Positions 42,587 to 49,914 of a DNA stretch of 60,071 bases are shown here, in pieces. Below the pieces are notes generated by a model. That model saw only the letters and a program-made list of their open reading frames with translations. It searched no databases and was not told the DNA's origin. The translations under genes and the position numbers were made by a program. This DNA comes from Elusimicrobiota bacterium (GTDB lineage: Bacteria; Elusimicrobiota; Elusimicrobia; UBA1565; UBA9628): assembly GCA_016212825.1 (NCBI GenBank), contig JACRDS010000113.1, positions 1 to 60,071 on the forward strand. The letters run 5' to 3'. Numbering within the stretch: the first letter of the stretch is position 1; every line of letters starts with the position of its first letter.

Positions 42587-42642
42587 ACCCAGATATACTG
42601 CCCGCAGGTCCTGACCAAACAACGCCGACAAGGAGAATCCGA

Positions 42643-43917
42643 ATGATCCGCGCCGAGAGACTCGCCTTGATCCTCGCCTTGGGCCTTCTGGCCCCTGCCG
42701 TCGCGGGCGCCAAGACCTGCCCGGTCGACACCGGCAAGCTGCGCCGCCATATCGTCTCCTGCCAGCCCGAGCAGAGCATGGCGCAATGCCGCAAGGCGGT
42801 GGAGTCCATCAGCTGCTCCATCACCCGCGAGCTCGCCCTCATCAACGCCGTGGTCATCACCGTCCCGGAGGACGAGCTGGAGGCCACGGAGACGAAGCTC
42901 GCCGCCACCCCCGAGGTCCGGGCTTATGAGGAAGACAAGTACGTCAAGTGGATCAAGGCCGAGGCGCCGGTCCTGCCGTCCTTCGGCTTCTCTTCAGTGC
43001 CGGCGTTCGTCCCCTCCGGCAAGAGCCGCAACCCAATCGACCCCCCCTCCGCCCATCCGACCCAGCCCAATGCCAACGGCCAGCTGCCCTGGGGCATCGC
43101 GCGGGTCAACGCCCCGGCCGCCTGGAAGACCAACATGGGCGCCGGCGTGAAGGTCGCGGTCGTGGACACCGGCATCGACTACAACCACGCCGCCCTCAAG
43201 GCCAACGTCAAGGGCGGCTTCAACGCCGTGGACGAGAAGAACCCGGACAACTTCATGGACGACCAGGGCCACGGCAGCCACGTCTCCGGCACCATCGCCG
43301 GGGCCTACAACAACGGGCAGGGAGCCGGCGGCTCGGGCGTCATCGGCGTGGCCCCCAAGGCCAGCCTCTACGGCGTCAAGGTCCTCGACGCGGACGGCGG
43401 CGGGAGCTACTCGACCATCATCGCCGGCATCGAGTGGGCCGTGAAGAACAAGATGCAGGTCGCCAACATGAGTCTGGGCGCCCCCGAGGGCACGGACGCC
43501 CTGCACCAGGCCATCATCGCGGCCAAGAAGGCCGGGCTGGTCATCCTCGCCGCGGCCGGCAACGACTCGGGCGGCCCGACGGGCTACCCGGCGGCCTACC
43601 CGGAGACCATCAGCATCACGGCCTCCAACGACAAGGACGAGTTCGCCTCCTTCTCCAGCAAGGGGCCGGAGACCAACTTCATCGCCCCCGGCGAGGACGT
43701 CCTCTCCGTCAAGCTGGGCGGCGGCTATATCGTCCACTCCGGCACGTCCATGGCCACCCCGCACATGACGGGCTTGGCGGCCCTCGCGGTGGCTAACGGA
43801 GCCAGGGGCTTCACGGGCGTGAAGAACGCGCTCATCAAGGCGGCGGCCAAACTGCCGGGGCTGACCGCGGAGGAGCAGGGCTACGGCCTGGTCAGCGCGG
43901 CCAAGCTCGCCAAGTAG
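42643..43917 (+). CDS. Secreted subtilisin-like serine protease (peptidase S8) with N-terminal I9-type propeptide
   Basis: 424 aa with a signal peptide. The catalytic triad contexts are VAVVDTGIDYNH (Asp), HGSHVSGTIAG (His) and SGTSMATPHMTG (Ser). Confidence 0.9.
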   Translation: MIRAERLALILALGLLAPAVAGAKTCPVDTGKLRRHIVSCQPEQSMAQCRKAVESISCSITRELALINAVVITVPEDELEATETKLAATPEVRAYEEDKYVKWIKAEAPVLPSFGFSSVPAFVPSGKSRNPIDPPSAHPTQPNANGQLPWGIARVNAPAAWKTNMGAGVKVAVVDTGIDYNHAALKANVKGGFNAVDEKNPDNFMDDQGHGSHVSGTIAGAYNNGQGAGGSGVIGVAPKASLYGVKVLDADGGGSYSTIIAGIEWAVKNKMQVANMSLGAPEGTDALHQAIIAAKKAGLVILAAAGNDSGGPTGYPAAYPETISITASNDKDEFASFSSKGPETNFIAPGEDVLSVKLGGGYIVHSGTSMATPHMTGLAALAVANGARGFTGVKNALIKAAAKLPGLTAEEQGYGLVSAAKLAK

Positions 43918-43926
43918 AATCCGACC

Positions 43927-43970
43927 AAAAAAAGGCCCGGCTGGGGATCCCCCGCCGGGCCTTTCGCTTT
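43927..43970. terminator. Bidirectional rho-independent terminator between convergent genes
   Basis: AAAAAAAGGCCCGGC-TGGGGATCCCCC-GCCGGGCCTTTCGCTTT: a GC-rich stem flanked by an A-run on one side and T-rich sequence on the other. It sits between the S8 stop (43917) and the minus-strand stop at 43979. Confidence 0.7.
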
Positions 43971-43978
43971 CCTGGTCC

Positions 43979-44545
43979 CTATTCGAAGAGTTTGCCCAGG
44001 CCCTTGCGCTTCTTCTTCCTGCCGTACTCGTCCAAGCCCAGCGACTTGCAGACGGCCTGCCACTGGGCCGCGTCGCGCAGGATCTCCACCTCGGAGACCG
44101 CGTCCGCCCTGAGCGTCACCCTGTAGCCGGGGAAGTCGGGCGTGACGCGGGCCGCGAAGGGCAGGAGGAACTGGGGCGTGTCCCGGCCGCCGCCCGCGCT
44201 GAGCACGACCTTCCAGGGGCCGTTGTAGCGGTCCACGGCGTAGGCCGAGGCGATGGGCGCGGCGAGGTCCTCGGTCTTGACCTTCTTCTTGGGGGCGGCC
44301 CGGCGGGCCTTGTCCAGGAGCGCGTCCCAGTCGATCTGGGGCGAGACGTCCATGCGGTCGAAGAGGGCGCAGGCCGCGCGAGGCTCGTCGGGGCCGCACC
44401 TGAGCGCGGTGAACTGCCCGATGCGCTCGAAGGCGAAGGTCCGGGTGGAGAGCCAGACGAGTTGGGTCTCCCCCCCCTCATCCTGGGCCGAGGCTGGGGC
44501 CGAGCAGAGGGCGAGCAGGCAGACGGCGAGGGCCGGGATTCTCAT
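43979..44545 (-). CDS. Secreted hypothetical protein
   Basis: The track ORF is trimmed to the ATG at 44545, giving signal peptide MRIPALAVCLLALCSAPASAQ. 188 aa with a Lys-rich C-terminus. No family was recognised. Confidence 0.5.
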   Translation of the reverse strand: MRIPALAVCLLALCSAPASAQDEGGETQLVWLSTRTFAFERIGQFTALRCGPDEPRAACALFDRMDVSPQIDWDALLDKARRAAPKKKVKTEDLAAPIASAYAVDRYNGPWKVVLSAGGGRDTPQFLLPFAARVTPDFPGYRVTLRADAVSEVEILRDAAQWQAVCKSLGLDEYGRKKKRKGLGKLFE

Positions 44546-44670
44546 GCGGGTATGATACAGAACGGGCGGCGTGGGGACAACCCCGACCTCAACGGCCCGG
44601 AATCTCGGGTATAAGAGACGCATCCCCGCGGCGCCTGGGCCTATGGGGAAGAAAGCAGTCGGCGATGGTC

Positions 44671-44793
44671 CTAGTAGGGCAGCAGGTCCGTCCCGATTAT
44701 CCCGACCAGGACCAGGACCAGCGCCATCCAGGCCCAGCGGCCCAGCCCGTCCCGCCGTTCCGGCTCCGTCAGATCGTGCCCATTCATCTTCAT
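44671..44793 (-). CDS. Candidate 40-aa single-TM small protein (below the ORF-track length cutoff)
   Basis: Manual translation gives MKMNGHDLTEPERRDGLGRWAWMALVLVLVGIIGTDLLPY. Codon third positions are G/C-rich. There is no clear SD. It lies in a 290-nt gap between two minus-strand genes. Confidence 0.3.
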   Translation of the reverse strand: MKMNGHDLTEPERRDGLGRWAWMALVLVLVGIIGTDLLPY

Positions 44794-44835
44794 AGCACGA
44801 CTATGATAGCCTGCTGAGGTAAAAAAAAGCTCAAC

Positions 44836-45711
44836 TCAAGGCTGGCGCGGCGCGCAGGCGTCGTAGATGATGTTCCCCTGGGTGTAGGGGGCCATGTCGC
44901 GGCAGTCTATGGAGTGCGCGTGGATGAGGCCCTTGACCTTGCCGGTCTTGAAGTCGCACACGTCCACGTCCGCGCAGATGTCGCAGGCCTCGGAGTAGTA
45001 GTAGGCCGCGTCCTGCGTGAGCAGGACCAAGGACACCGCCACGGTCTGGCTCTGGCCGTAGCCGGCCTCGTCGTAGCCCATGAAAGGCTTGCCGTCCCGG
45101 CCGCGGAGCACCGGTTTGAGGTACTGGCCGAACTGTCCTCCCATCGCCGCTTCGCAGGCCTTGAGCTGGGGGTAGTCCGGCCGGCCGCGCAGGCTGGCCG
45201 GGCTCTTGGCGCTGTCCATGCTGATGATGCTGCCGGCGTCGATCCAGCCGCCCGAGGCCAGCCGCGCGTTGGCGAGCTTGCCGAAATCCCCCACCCAGTC
45301 CTTGCCCTTGGAGACCAGGACCTGCGACTCGGCGGCGCCCTCGTCCGTGACCATGGTCAGGCCGTAGCCGCGCGGCCCCTTGTAGGAGCGCTCGGTGTAG
45401 GGAGGCAGATAATCGTTGCGGGGCTCGGTCCGGCAGCCCGCGTAGACGAACTCCATCCTGTAGCCGTCGGCCATGGCCGGCACCGACAGAGTGAAGGGGA
45501 TCTCCAGCTCCTGCGCGTCCGGACAGGATATGGCCGTCGCCGCGGGGGATTGCGGGCGACCGCCCAGGGCCTTGGGCAGGGAGCCTTCGGCCACCGTCTG
45601 GGATATCCCGGAAAGGGCGGCGTTGAAGGCGGCGTCCGGGTCCGTCTGGGCGGCGGCCGGAGCGGCGCACAGGGCGGCGAGGAGGGCCGAGAGGCAGAGT
45701 TCAGGTTCCAT
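44836..45711 (-). CDS. Secreted Cys-containing hypothetical protein
   Basis: 291 aa with signal peptide ALCAAPAAAQ. It has ten cysteines after the signal peptide, five of them clustered near the C-terminus (YSEACDICADVDVCDF...HSIDC...DAC). No family was recognised. Confidence 0.55.
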   Translation of the reverse strand: MEPELCLSALLAALCAAPAAAQTDPDAAFNAALSGISQTVAEGSLPKALGGRPQSPAATAISCPDAQELEIPFTLSVPAMADGYRMEFVYAGCRTEPRNDYLPPYTERSYKGPRGYGLTMVTDEGAAESQVLVSKGKDWVGDFGKLANARLASGGWIDAGSIISMDSAKSPASLRGRPDYPQLKACEAAMGGQFGQYLKPVLRGRDGKPFMGYDEAGYGQSQTVAVSLVLLTQDAAYYYSEACDICADVDVCDFKTGKVKGLIHAHSIDCRDMAPYTQGNIIYDACAPRQP

Positions 45712-45833
45712 GCAGAGATTGTACCGCGGATCGGCGCCTTCCCACCTGACGGAACGGTAAAAAAAGGTCCTTCACCGGCCGGCCCACGCGCCCTGGGTCT
45801 CAAGGCCCAGACGCGCCATATTGCCGGGCCTTT

Positions 45834-45841
45834 TGTATAAT
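45834..45841 (+). promoter_or_regulatory. TG-TATAAT (-10-like element) ending 8 nt upstream of the KAS III ATG
   Basis: TGTATAAT read directly at 45834-45841; the ATG is at 45850. No SD lies between them and no convincing -35 was found. Confidence 0.3.
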
Positions 45842-45849
45842 CATCCCGC

Positions 45850-46848
45850 ATGCTGAGCATACTGGGACTGGGCTGTTCTCTCGCCAAGACCGAGCTGGAC
45901 AACGACTTCCTCCATAAGGAGGTCGGCCTGGCCCTGGGCCCGGACTGGGTCAAGAACCGCCTGGGGATCTACAAGCGCTACACCATCCTCAGCAAGGACT
46001 ACATCAAGGACACCAAAAACGCCGACCCCAGGGCCGCGGTGGCTTTGGCCCGCAGCCAGGGCCAGACCCCGGTCACCCTCGGCGCCGAGGCCGCGCGCCG
46101 TGCCCTGGAGCACGCCGGGGTCAAGCCCGAGCAGATCGGCCTCCTGATCGCCAACAACGACACCCCCTTCGAGACCATCCCCAGCACCGCCAACCTCGTG
46201 GCCCAGGAGCTCGGCATCGGCTCCGGGCCGCACTTCGACGCCAACACCTCCTGCTCCAGCTTCGCGCGCCACATGCAGCTGCTCTGCGAGATGGAGCCCA
46301 GCCTGCCCGACTACGTCCTGGCCGTGCAGACCTCGGCCTACACCACCCGCACCGACTACACCAGCCGCTGCATGGACGGCTACATCTGGGGCGACGGGGC
46401 CGCGGCCCAGGTGCTCTGCGCGCGCCAGCCCGGCCGGCTCAAGGTCACGCCCGTGGACTTCGGCACCAAGCCCGACGGCGCCGACGATGTGGTCATCGAC
46501 ACCTGCGGCCATTTCAAGCAGAAGGGCGCCGCGGTCAAGGAGTTCGCCCTGGCCAAGACCTGCGAGCTCTACCAGGCCGCCGCCGCGCGCTGCGGCCTCG
46601 ACCTCAAGGCCGTCTACACCATCGCGCACCAGAACAACTTCGCCATGCAGAGCAAGATCCTCAAGACCCTGGACCTTCCCGAGGAACGCCACCTGCGCAA
46701 CGTGCAGGACCAGGGCAACACCGCGGCCGCGGGCGTCCCCTCGGTCCTGGCCCAGAACCTATCCCGCCTCAAGACCGGCGACCGCGTGGTCTACGCCGTG
46801 GTCGGCTCCGGCCTGGCCTGGGGCGCCGGCGTGCTGGAGGTCCTCTGA
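45850..46848 (+). CDS. 3-oxoacyl-ACP synthase III family (FabH-like KAS III) condensing enzyme
   Basis: 332 aa with the Cys-His-Asn triad contexts NTSCSSF, IAHQNNF and QGNTAAAGVP. Confidence 0.85.
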   Translation: MLSILGLGCSLAKTELDNDFLHKEVGLALGPDWVKNRLGIYKRYTILSKDYIKDTKNADPRAAVALARSQGQTPVTLGAEAARRALEHAGVKPEQIGLLIANNDTPFETIPSTANLVAQELGIGSGPHFDANTSCSSFARHMQLLCEMEPSLPDYVLAVQTSAYTTRTDYTSRCMDGYIWGDGAAAQVLCARQPGRLKVTPVDFGTKPDGADDVVIDTCGHFKQKGAAVKEFALAKTCELYQAAAARCGLDLKAVYTIAHQNNFAMQSKILKTLDLPEERHLRNVQDQGNTAAAGVPSVLAQNLSRLKTGDRVVYAVVGSGLAWGAGVLEVL

Positions 46849-47579
46849 GCGCGAAGGACGGCATCGCGGTCGTCACCGGCGCCTCCGGCGGCATCGGCCG
46901 CGCCGTGGCTCAATGCCTCCACGAGCGCTCGCGGGGCCGCCTGCGCCTGGCCCTGCACTGCCGGGCCGGCGTGAAGGAGGCCGCCGAACTCTCCCGGGAG
47001 ATCCCCGGCTCCTTCGTGGTGCAGACGGACCTCGTCAGCGCCGAAGGCCGCCAGACCCTCTTCGACAAGGTCCGCAAGGAGGGCGACGTCTCGGTCCTGG
47101 TCAACAGCGCTGGCATCGACAAGCCCTACGAGCCCTGCCTGCTCCTGCGCGAGGAGTCCTTCGACCGCATGCTGGCCGTGGACCTCAAGGCCCCCGTCTT
47201 CCTGATGAAGCTCTTCGGCAAGGCCATGGCCGGCTCCGGCGGCGGCTGCATCGTCAACGTCAGCTCGGCCCTGGCGCGACAGGCCCTGACCGGCTGCTGC
47301 GCCTACCGTGCCGCCAAGGCCGCCCTGGAGGCCTGCACCTTGCAGTTCGCCTCCGAGCTGGGGCGCAGCGGGGTGCGCGTCAACGCCGTGGCCCCCGGCT
47401 TCGTGGAGACCCCCATGACCGCGGACGTGCCCGAGACGGTCCGGGCCCAGATACGCTCCGGCACGGCTTTGGGCCGCTTCGCGGCGCCCGGTGACGTGGC
47501 CGAGGCGGTCTGGGCGCTGGTCGCCAACGATTCCATCACCGGCGCCGTGGTCCCCGTGGACGGCGGCATGGCCCTCTAG
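46845..47579 (+). CDS. Short-chain dehydrogenase/reductase (FabG-like ketoreductase); start codon non-canonical/uncertain
   Basis: The track ORF begins at GTG 46905, but the in-frame upstream sequence encodes the cofactor motif IAVVTGASGGIGRAV. There is no ATG/GTG/TTG upstream in frame; a CTG at 46845 overlaps the KAS III stop (CTGA). Catalytic NSAG and YRAAKAA (YxxxK) are present. Confidence 0.75.
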   Translation: MSAKDGIAVVTGASGGIGRAVAQCLHERSRGRLRLALHCRAGVKEAAELSREIPGSFVVQTDLVSAEGRQTLFDKVRKEGDVSVLVNSAGIDKPYEPCLLLREESFDRMLAVDLKAPVFLMKLFGKAMAGSGGGCIVNVSSALARQALTGCCAYRAAKAALEACTLQFASELGRSGVRVNAVAPGFVETPMTADVPETVRAQIRSGTALGRFAAPGDVAEAVWALVANDSITGAVVPVDGGMAL

Positions 47580-47592
47580 CGTCAGGAGACAT

Positions 47593-48543
47593 ATGAGCCC
47601 GAGATACTGCGTGATGTTCGCCGGACAGTCCGTGCAGGCTCAGGGCATGTGCCGGGACCTCTGGAGGATCCCGGCCGCCCGCGCGATCCTCGAGCGCCTC
47701 AAGCCGTCTTTGGGCGACGACCTGGAGCACATCACCACCGAGATGCCCGACCCGGAACTGGCCCGGACTTTCAACGCCCAGCGCGCCATCCACGTCCATC
47801 ACCTGGGCCACTGGCACGCTTACCTGGCCAGGAACCCGCAGACGGAGCTCAACGGCGCCATCGGACATTCCATGGGGGTCGTCGCGGCCCTGGTCGCGGC
47901 CGGCGCCATGAGCGTGGAGGACTCCGGCATCTTCATCCGGGCCCGGGCCCAGGCCTTCTCCGACGTCTGCAAGACCTTCGCCGAGCCCCAAGGCATGGCC
48001 GCGGTCATCACCAAGAATCTGCGCGAGTTCAAGGACAGGATATCCTCTTTCCCGGGCGTGTCTTTGGCCCTGCACAACACCATGGGCAAGGGCACCATCG
48101 GCGGGACGCTCGCCGACATCGAGGCCTTCGCGGCCCACGCGAAGAAGGAGGGCTGGCCCATGAAGGTGCTGGTCCTCAAGGTGGAGGGCCCTTACCACAC
48201 CGCGGCCTTCGCTCCCTGCCGGCCGGCCCTGCAGGCCGCGACGGAGAAGCTCAAGATCAGCGCCCCCCAGGTCCCCGTGTTCATGGGCACCTCGGGTCTG
48301 GCCGAGTTCGACCCGGCGCGCATCCGCTCCCTGCTGGTGGAGCAGGCCGACCGCCTGGAGCGGCACTTCGACGCGGTCTGGGCCGCCTACGAGCGGGGCT
48401 GCCGCGACTTCCTGGAGGTGGCGTACAAGCCCCAGCCGGTCACCTGGCTGGCCGACCAGTTGGTGGGCGAGGACGGCAAGCCGCTGGCCGACGCGCGCGG
48501 CGTGGCGGTCAAGACCGCCGAACTCGACGAAAAGGTAGAATAG
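47593..48543 (+). CDS. Acyltransferase of the malonyl-CoA:ACP transacylase (FabD-like) family
   Basis: The ATG at 47593 follows the SD AGGAG. Motifs: FAGQSVQAQGM, active-site GHSMG, an Arg in FIRARAQAF, and a His in GPYHTAAF. Confidence 0.8.
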   Translation: MSPRYCVMFAGQSVQAQGMCRDLWRIPAARAILERLKPSLGDDLEHITTEMPDPELARTFNAQRAIHVHHLGHWHAYLARNPQTELNGAIGHSMGVVAALVAAGAMSVEDSGIFIRARAQAFSDVCKTFAEPQGMAAVITKNLREFKDRISSFPGVSLALHNTMGKGTIGGTLADIEAFAAHAKKEGWPMKVLVLKVEGPYHTAAFAPCRPALQAATEKLKISAPQVPVFMGTSGLAEFDPARIRSLLVEQADRLERHFDAVWAAYERGCRDFLEVAYKPQPVTWLADQLVGEDGKPLADARGVAVKTAELDEKVE

Positions 48544-48554
48544 CCCCCGCGACC

Positions 48555-49910
48555 ATGCCCGCCGAGCACCGCTACCCCAACTCCCCGGTCTTCTACCGCA
48601 ACCTGCGCAAGAGCCTGCCCTGCATCGTGCGCGGCGAGGGCTGCTACCTCTACGACGAGAACGGCAAGCGCTACCTCGACGCCTCGGGCGGCGCCTTCGT
48701 GGCCAACGTGGGCCACGGCGTAGGTGAGCTCTCCCGCGCGCTGCTGGAGCAGGTCTCCCGCGTCGCCTACGTCAACGGCACGGCCTTCACCAACGAGCCT
48801 GTCGAGGAACTGGCGGCGGAGCTGGCCACCCTCTCTCCCGCCGGGATGGACAAGTCCTACTTCCTCTCCAGCGGCTCGGAGGCGGTGGAGGCGGCGCTCA
48901 AGCTCGCCCGCCAGTACTGGGTCGAGTCCGGCCTGCCGGGGAAGCACAAGATCGTCTCCCAGACCCCGGGCTACCACGGCAACACCCTGCTGGCCCTCTC
49001 CGCCTCGGCCCGCGAGCACTACAAGAAGCTCTACGGTTCCTGGCTGGTCAAGGTCCCCATGATCCCGGCGCCCTACCCGTACCGCTGCGGCTGCATGGGC
49101 GCCCCGGACTGCCCGGCCTGCACCGGCTCGGCGCTCGAGGAGGTCATCTTGCGCGAGGGCCCGGAGACCGTGGCCGCGGTGATCATGGAGCCTGTGGGGG
49201 GGTCCTCCACCGGCGCCAGCGTGCCGCGCCCCGACTACCACCGGCGCCTGCGCGAGATCTGCGACCGCTACCAGGTCCTGCTCATCGCCGACGAGGTGCT
49301 CACCGGCGCCGGCCGCACGGGCAAGTGGCTGGCCATGGAGTACTTCGGCGCCGCGCCCGACATCATCACCATGGGCAAGGGCATCAGCGGCGGCTACGTC
49401 CCCCTCTCCGCGGTCATCACCTCCGCGCGCATCATCGAGCCCATCGTCCGCGGCAGCGGCGCCTTCAAGCACGCCCAGACCTTCTCGCACGTCCCCTCCA
49501 TCTGCGCCGTGGGCCTGGCCGCGGTGCGCTACATCAAGTCCCGGCGGCTCGTGGAGGCCGCGGCCGCGACCGGGACCCTGCTGCAGAAGGCTCTGCGGTC
49601 CTTGGAGACCCTGCCGGCCGTGGGCGAGGCGCGCGGCATCGGGATGCTGGCCGGGGTGGAGTTCGTGGCGGACAAGAAGACCCGGGCGCCTTTCCCCCGC
49701 GCCCTGAAGTTCGCGGAGACCTTCACCGAGGCCGCCCAGGAGGCGGGGCTCGTGGTCTGGCCCAACGTGGGCCAGGCCGACGGCGAGAACGGCGACCTGG
49801 TCATGATCGCCCCGCCCTTCATCATCCGGCCGCCCGAGATCGATTCTTTGGTGTCCCTGTTCAAGACCGCGCTGGAGGCGACGCTGCGCAAGCTCGCCCC
49901 GAGGAGCTGA
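48555..49910 (+). CDS. Class III (BioA/omega-transaminase-like) PLP-dependent aminotransferase
   Basis: 451 aa from the ATG at 48555. Motifs: SSGSEAVEAALKLARQYW, ADEVLTGAGRTGKW, and the PLP-lysine context MGKGISGGYVPLSAV. Confidence 0.85.
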   Translation: MPAEHRYPNSPVFYRNLRKSLPCIVRGEGCYLYDENGKRYLDASGGAFVANVGHGVGELSRALLEQVSRVAYVNGTAFTNEPVEELAAELATLSPAGMDKSYFLSSGSEAVEAALKLARQYWVESGLPGKHKIVSQTPGYHGNTLLALSASAREHYKKLYGSWLVKVPMIPAPYPYRCGCMGAPDCPACTGSALEEVILREGPETVAAVIMEPVGGSSTGASVPRPDYHRRLREICDRYQVLLIADEVLTGAGRTGKWLAMEYFGAAPDIITMGKGISGGYVPLSAVITSARIIEPIVRGSGAFKHAQTFSHVPSICAVGLAAVRYIKSRRLVEAAAATGTLLQKALRSLETLPAVGEARGIGMLAGVEFVADKKTRAPFPRALKFAETFTEAAQEAGLVVWPNVGQADGENGDLVMIAPPFIIRPPEIDSLVSLFKTALEATLRKLAPRS

Positions 49911-49914
49911 CCCT

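Noticed and set aside
42463-42786. The N-terminal 108-aa extension of ORF 40687..42786. Similar extensions occur on 11451..12803, 43979..44623 and 55377..56147.
   Set aside because: The extensions lack protein-like composition and would bury the signal peptides or receiver-domain starts. Internal ATGs (42462, 12719, 44545, 56096) give canonical signal peptides or the standard response-regulator N-terminus.
44571-44795. The 74-aa plus-strand ORF in the 290-nt intergenic gap.
   Set aside because: The translation is Pro/Gly/Ala/Arg/Ser-rich with no hydrophobic core or motif. The antisense 40-aa TM peptide is the more plausible candidate, though still tentative.
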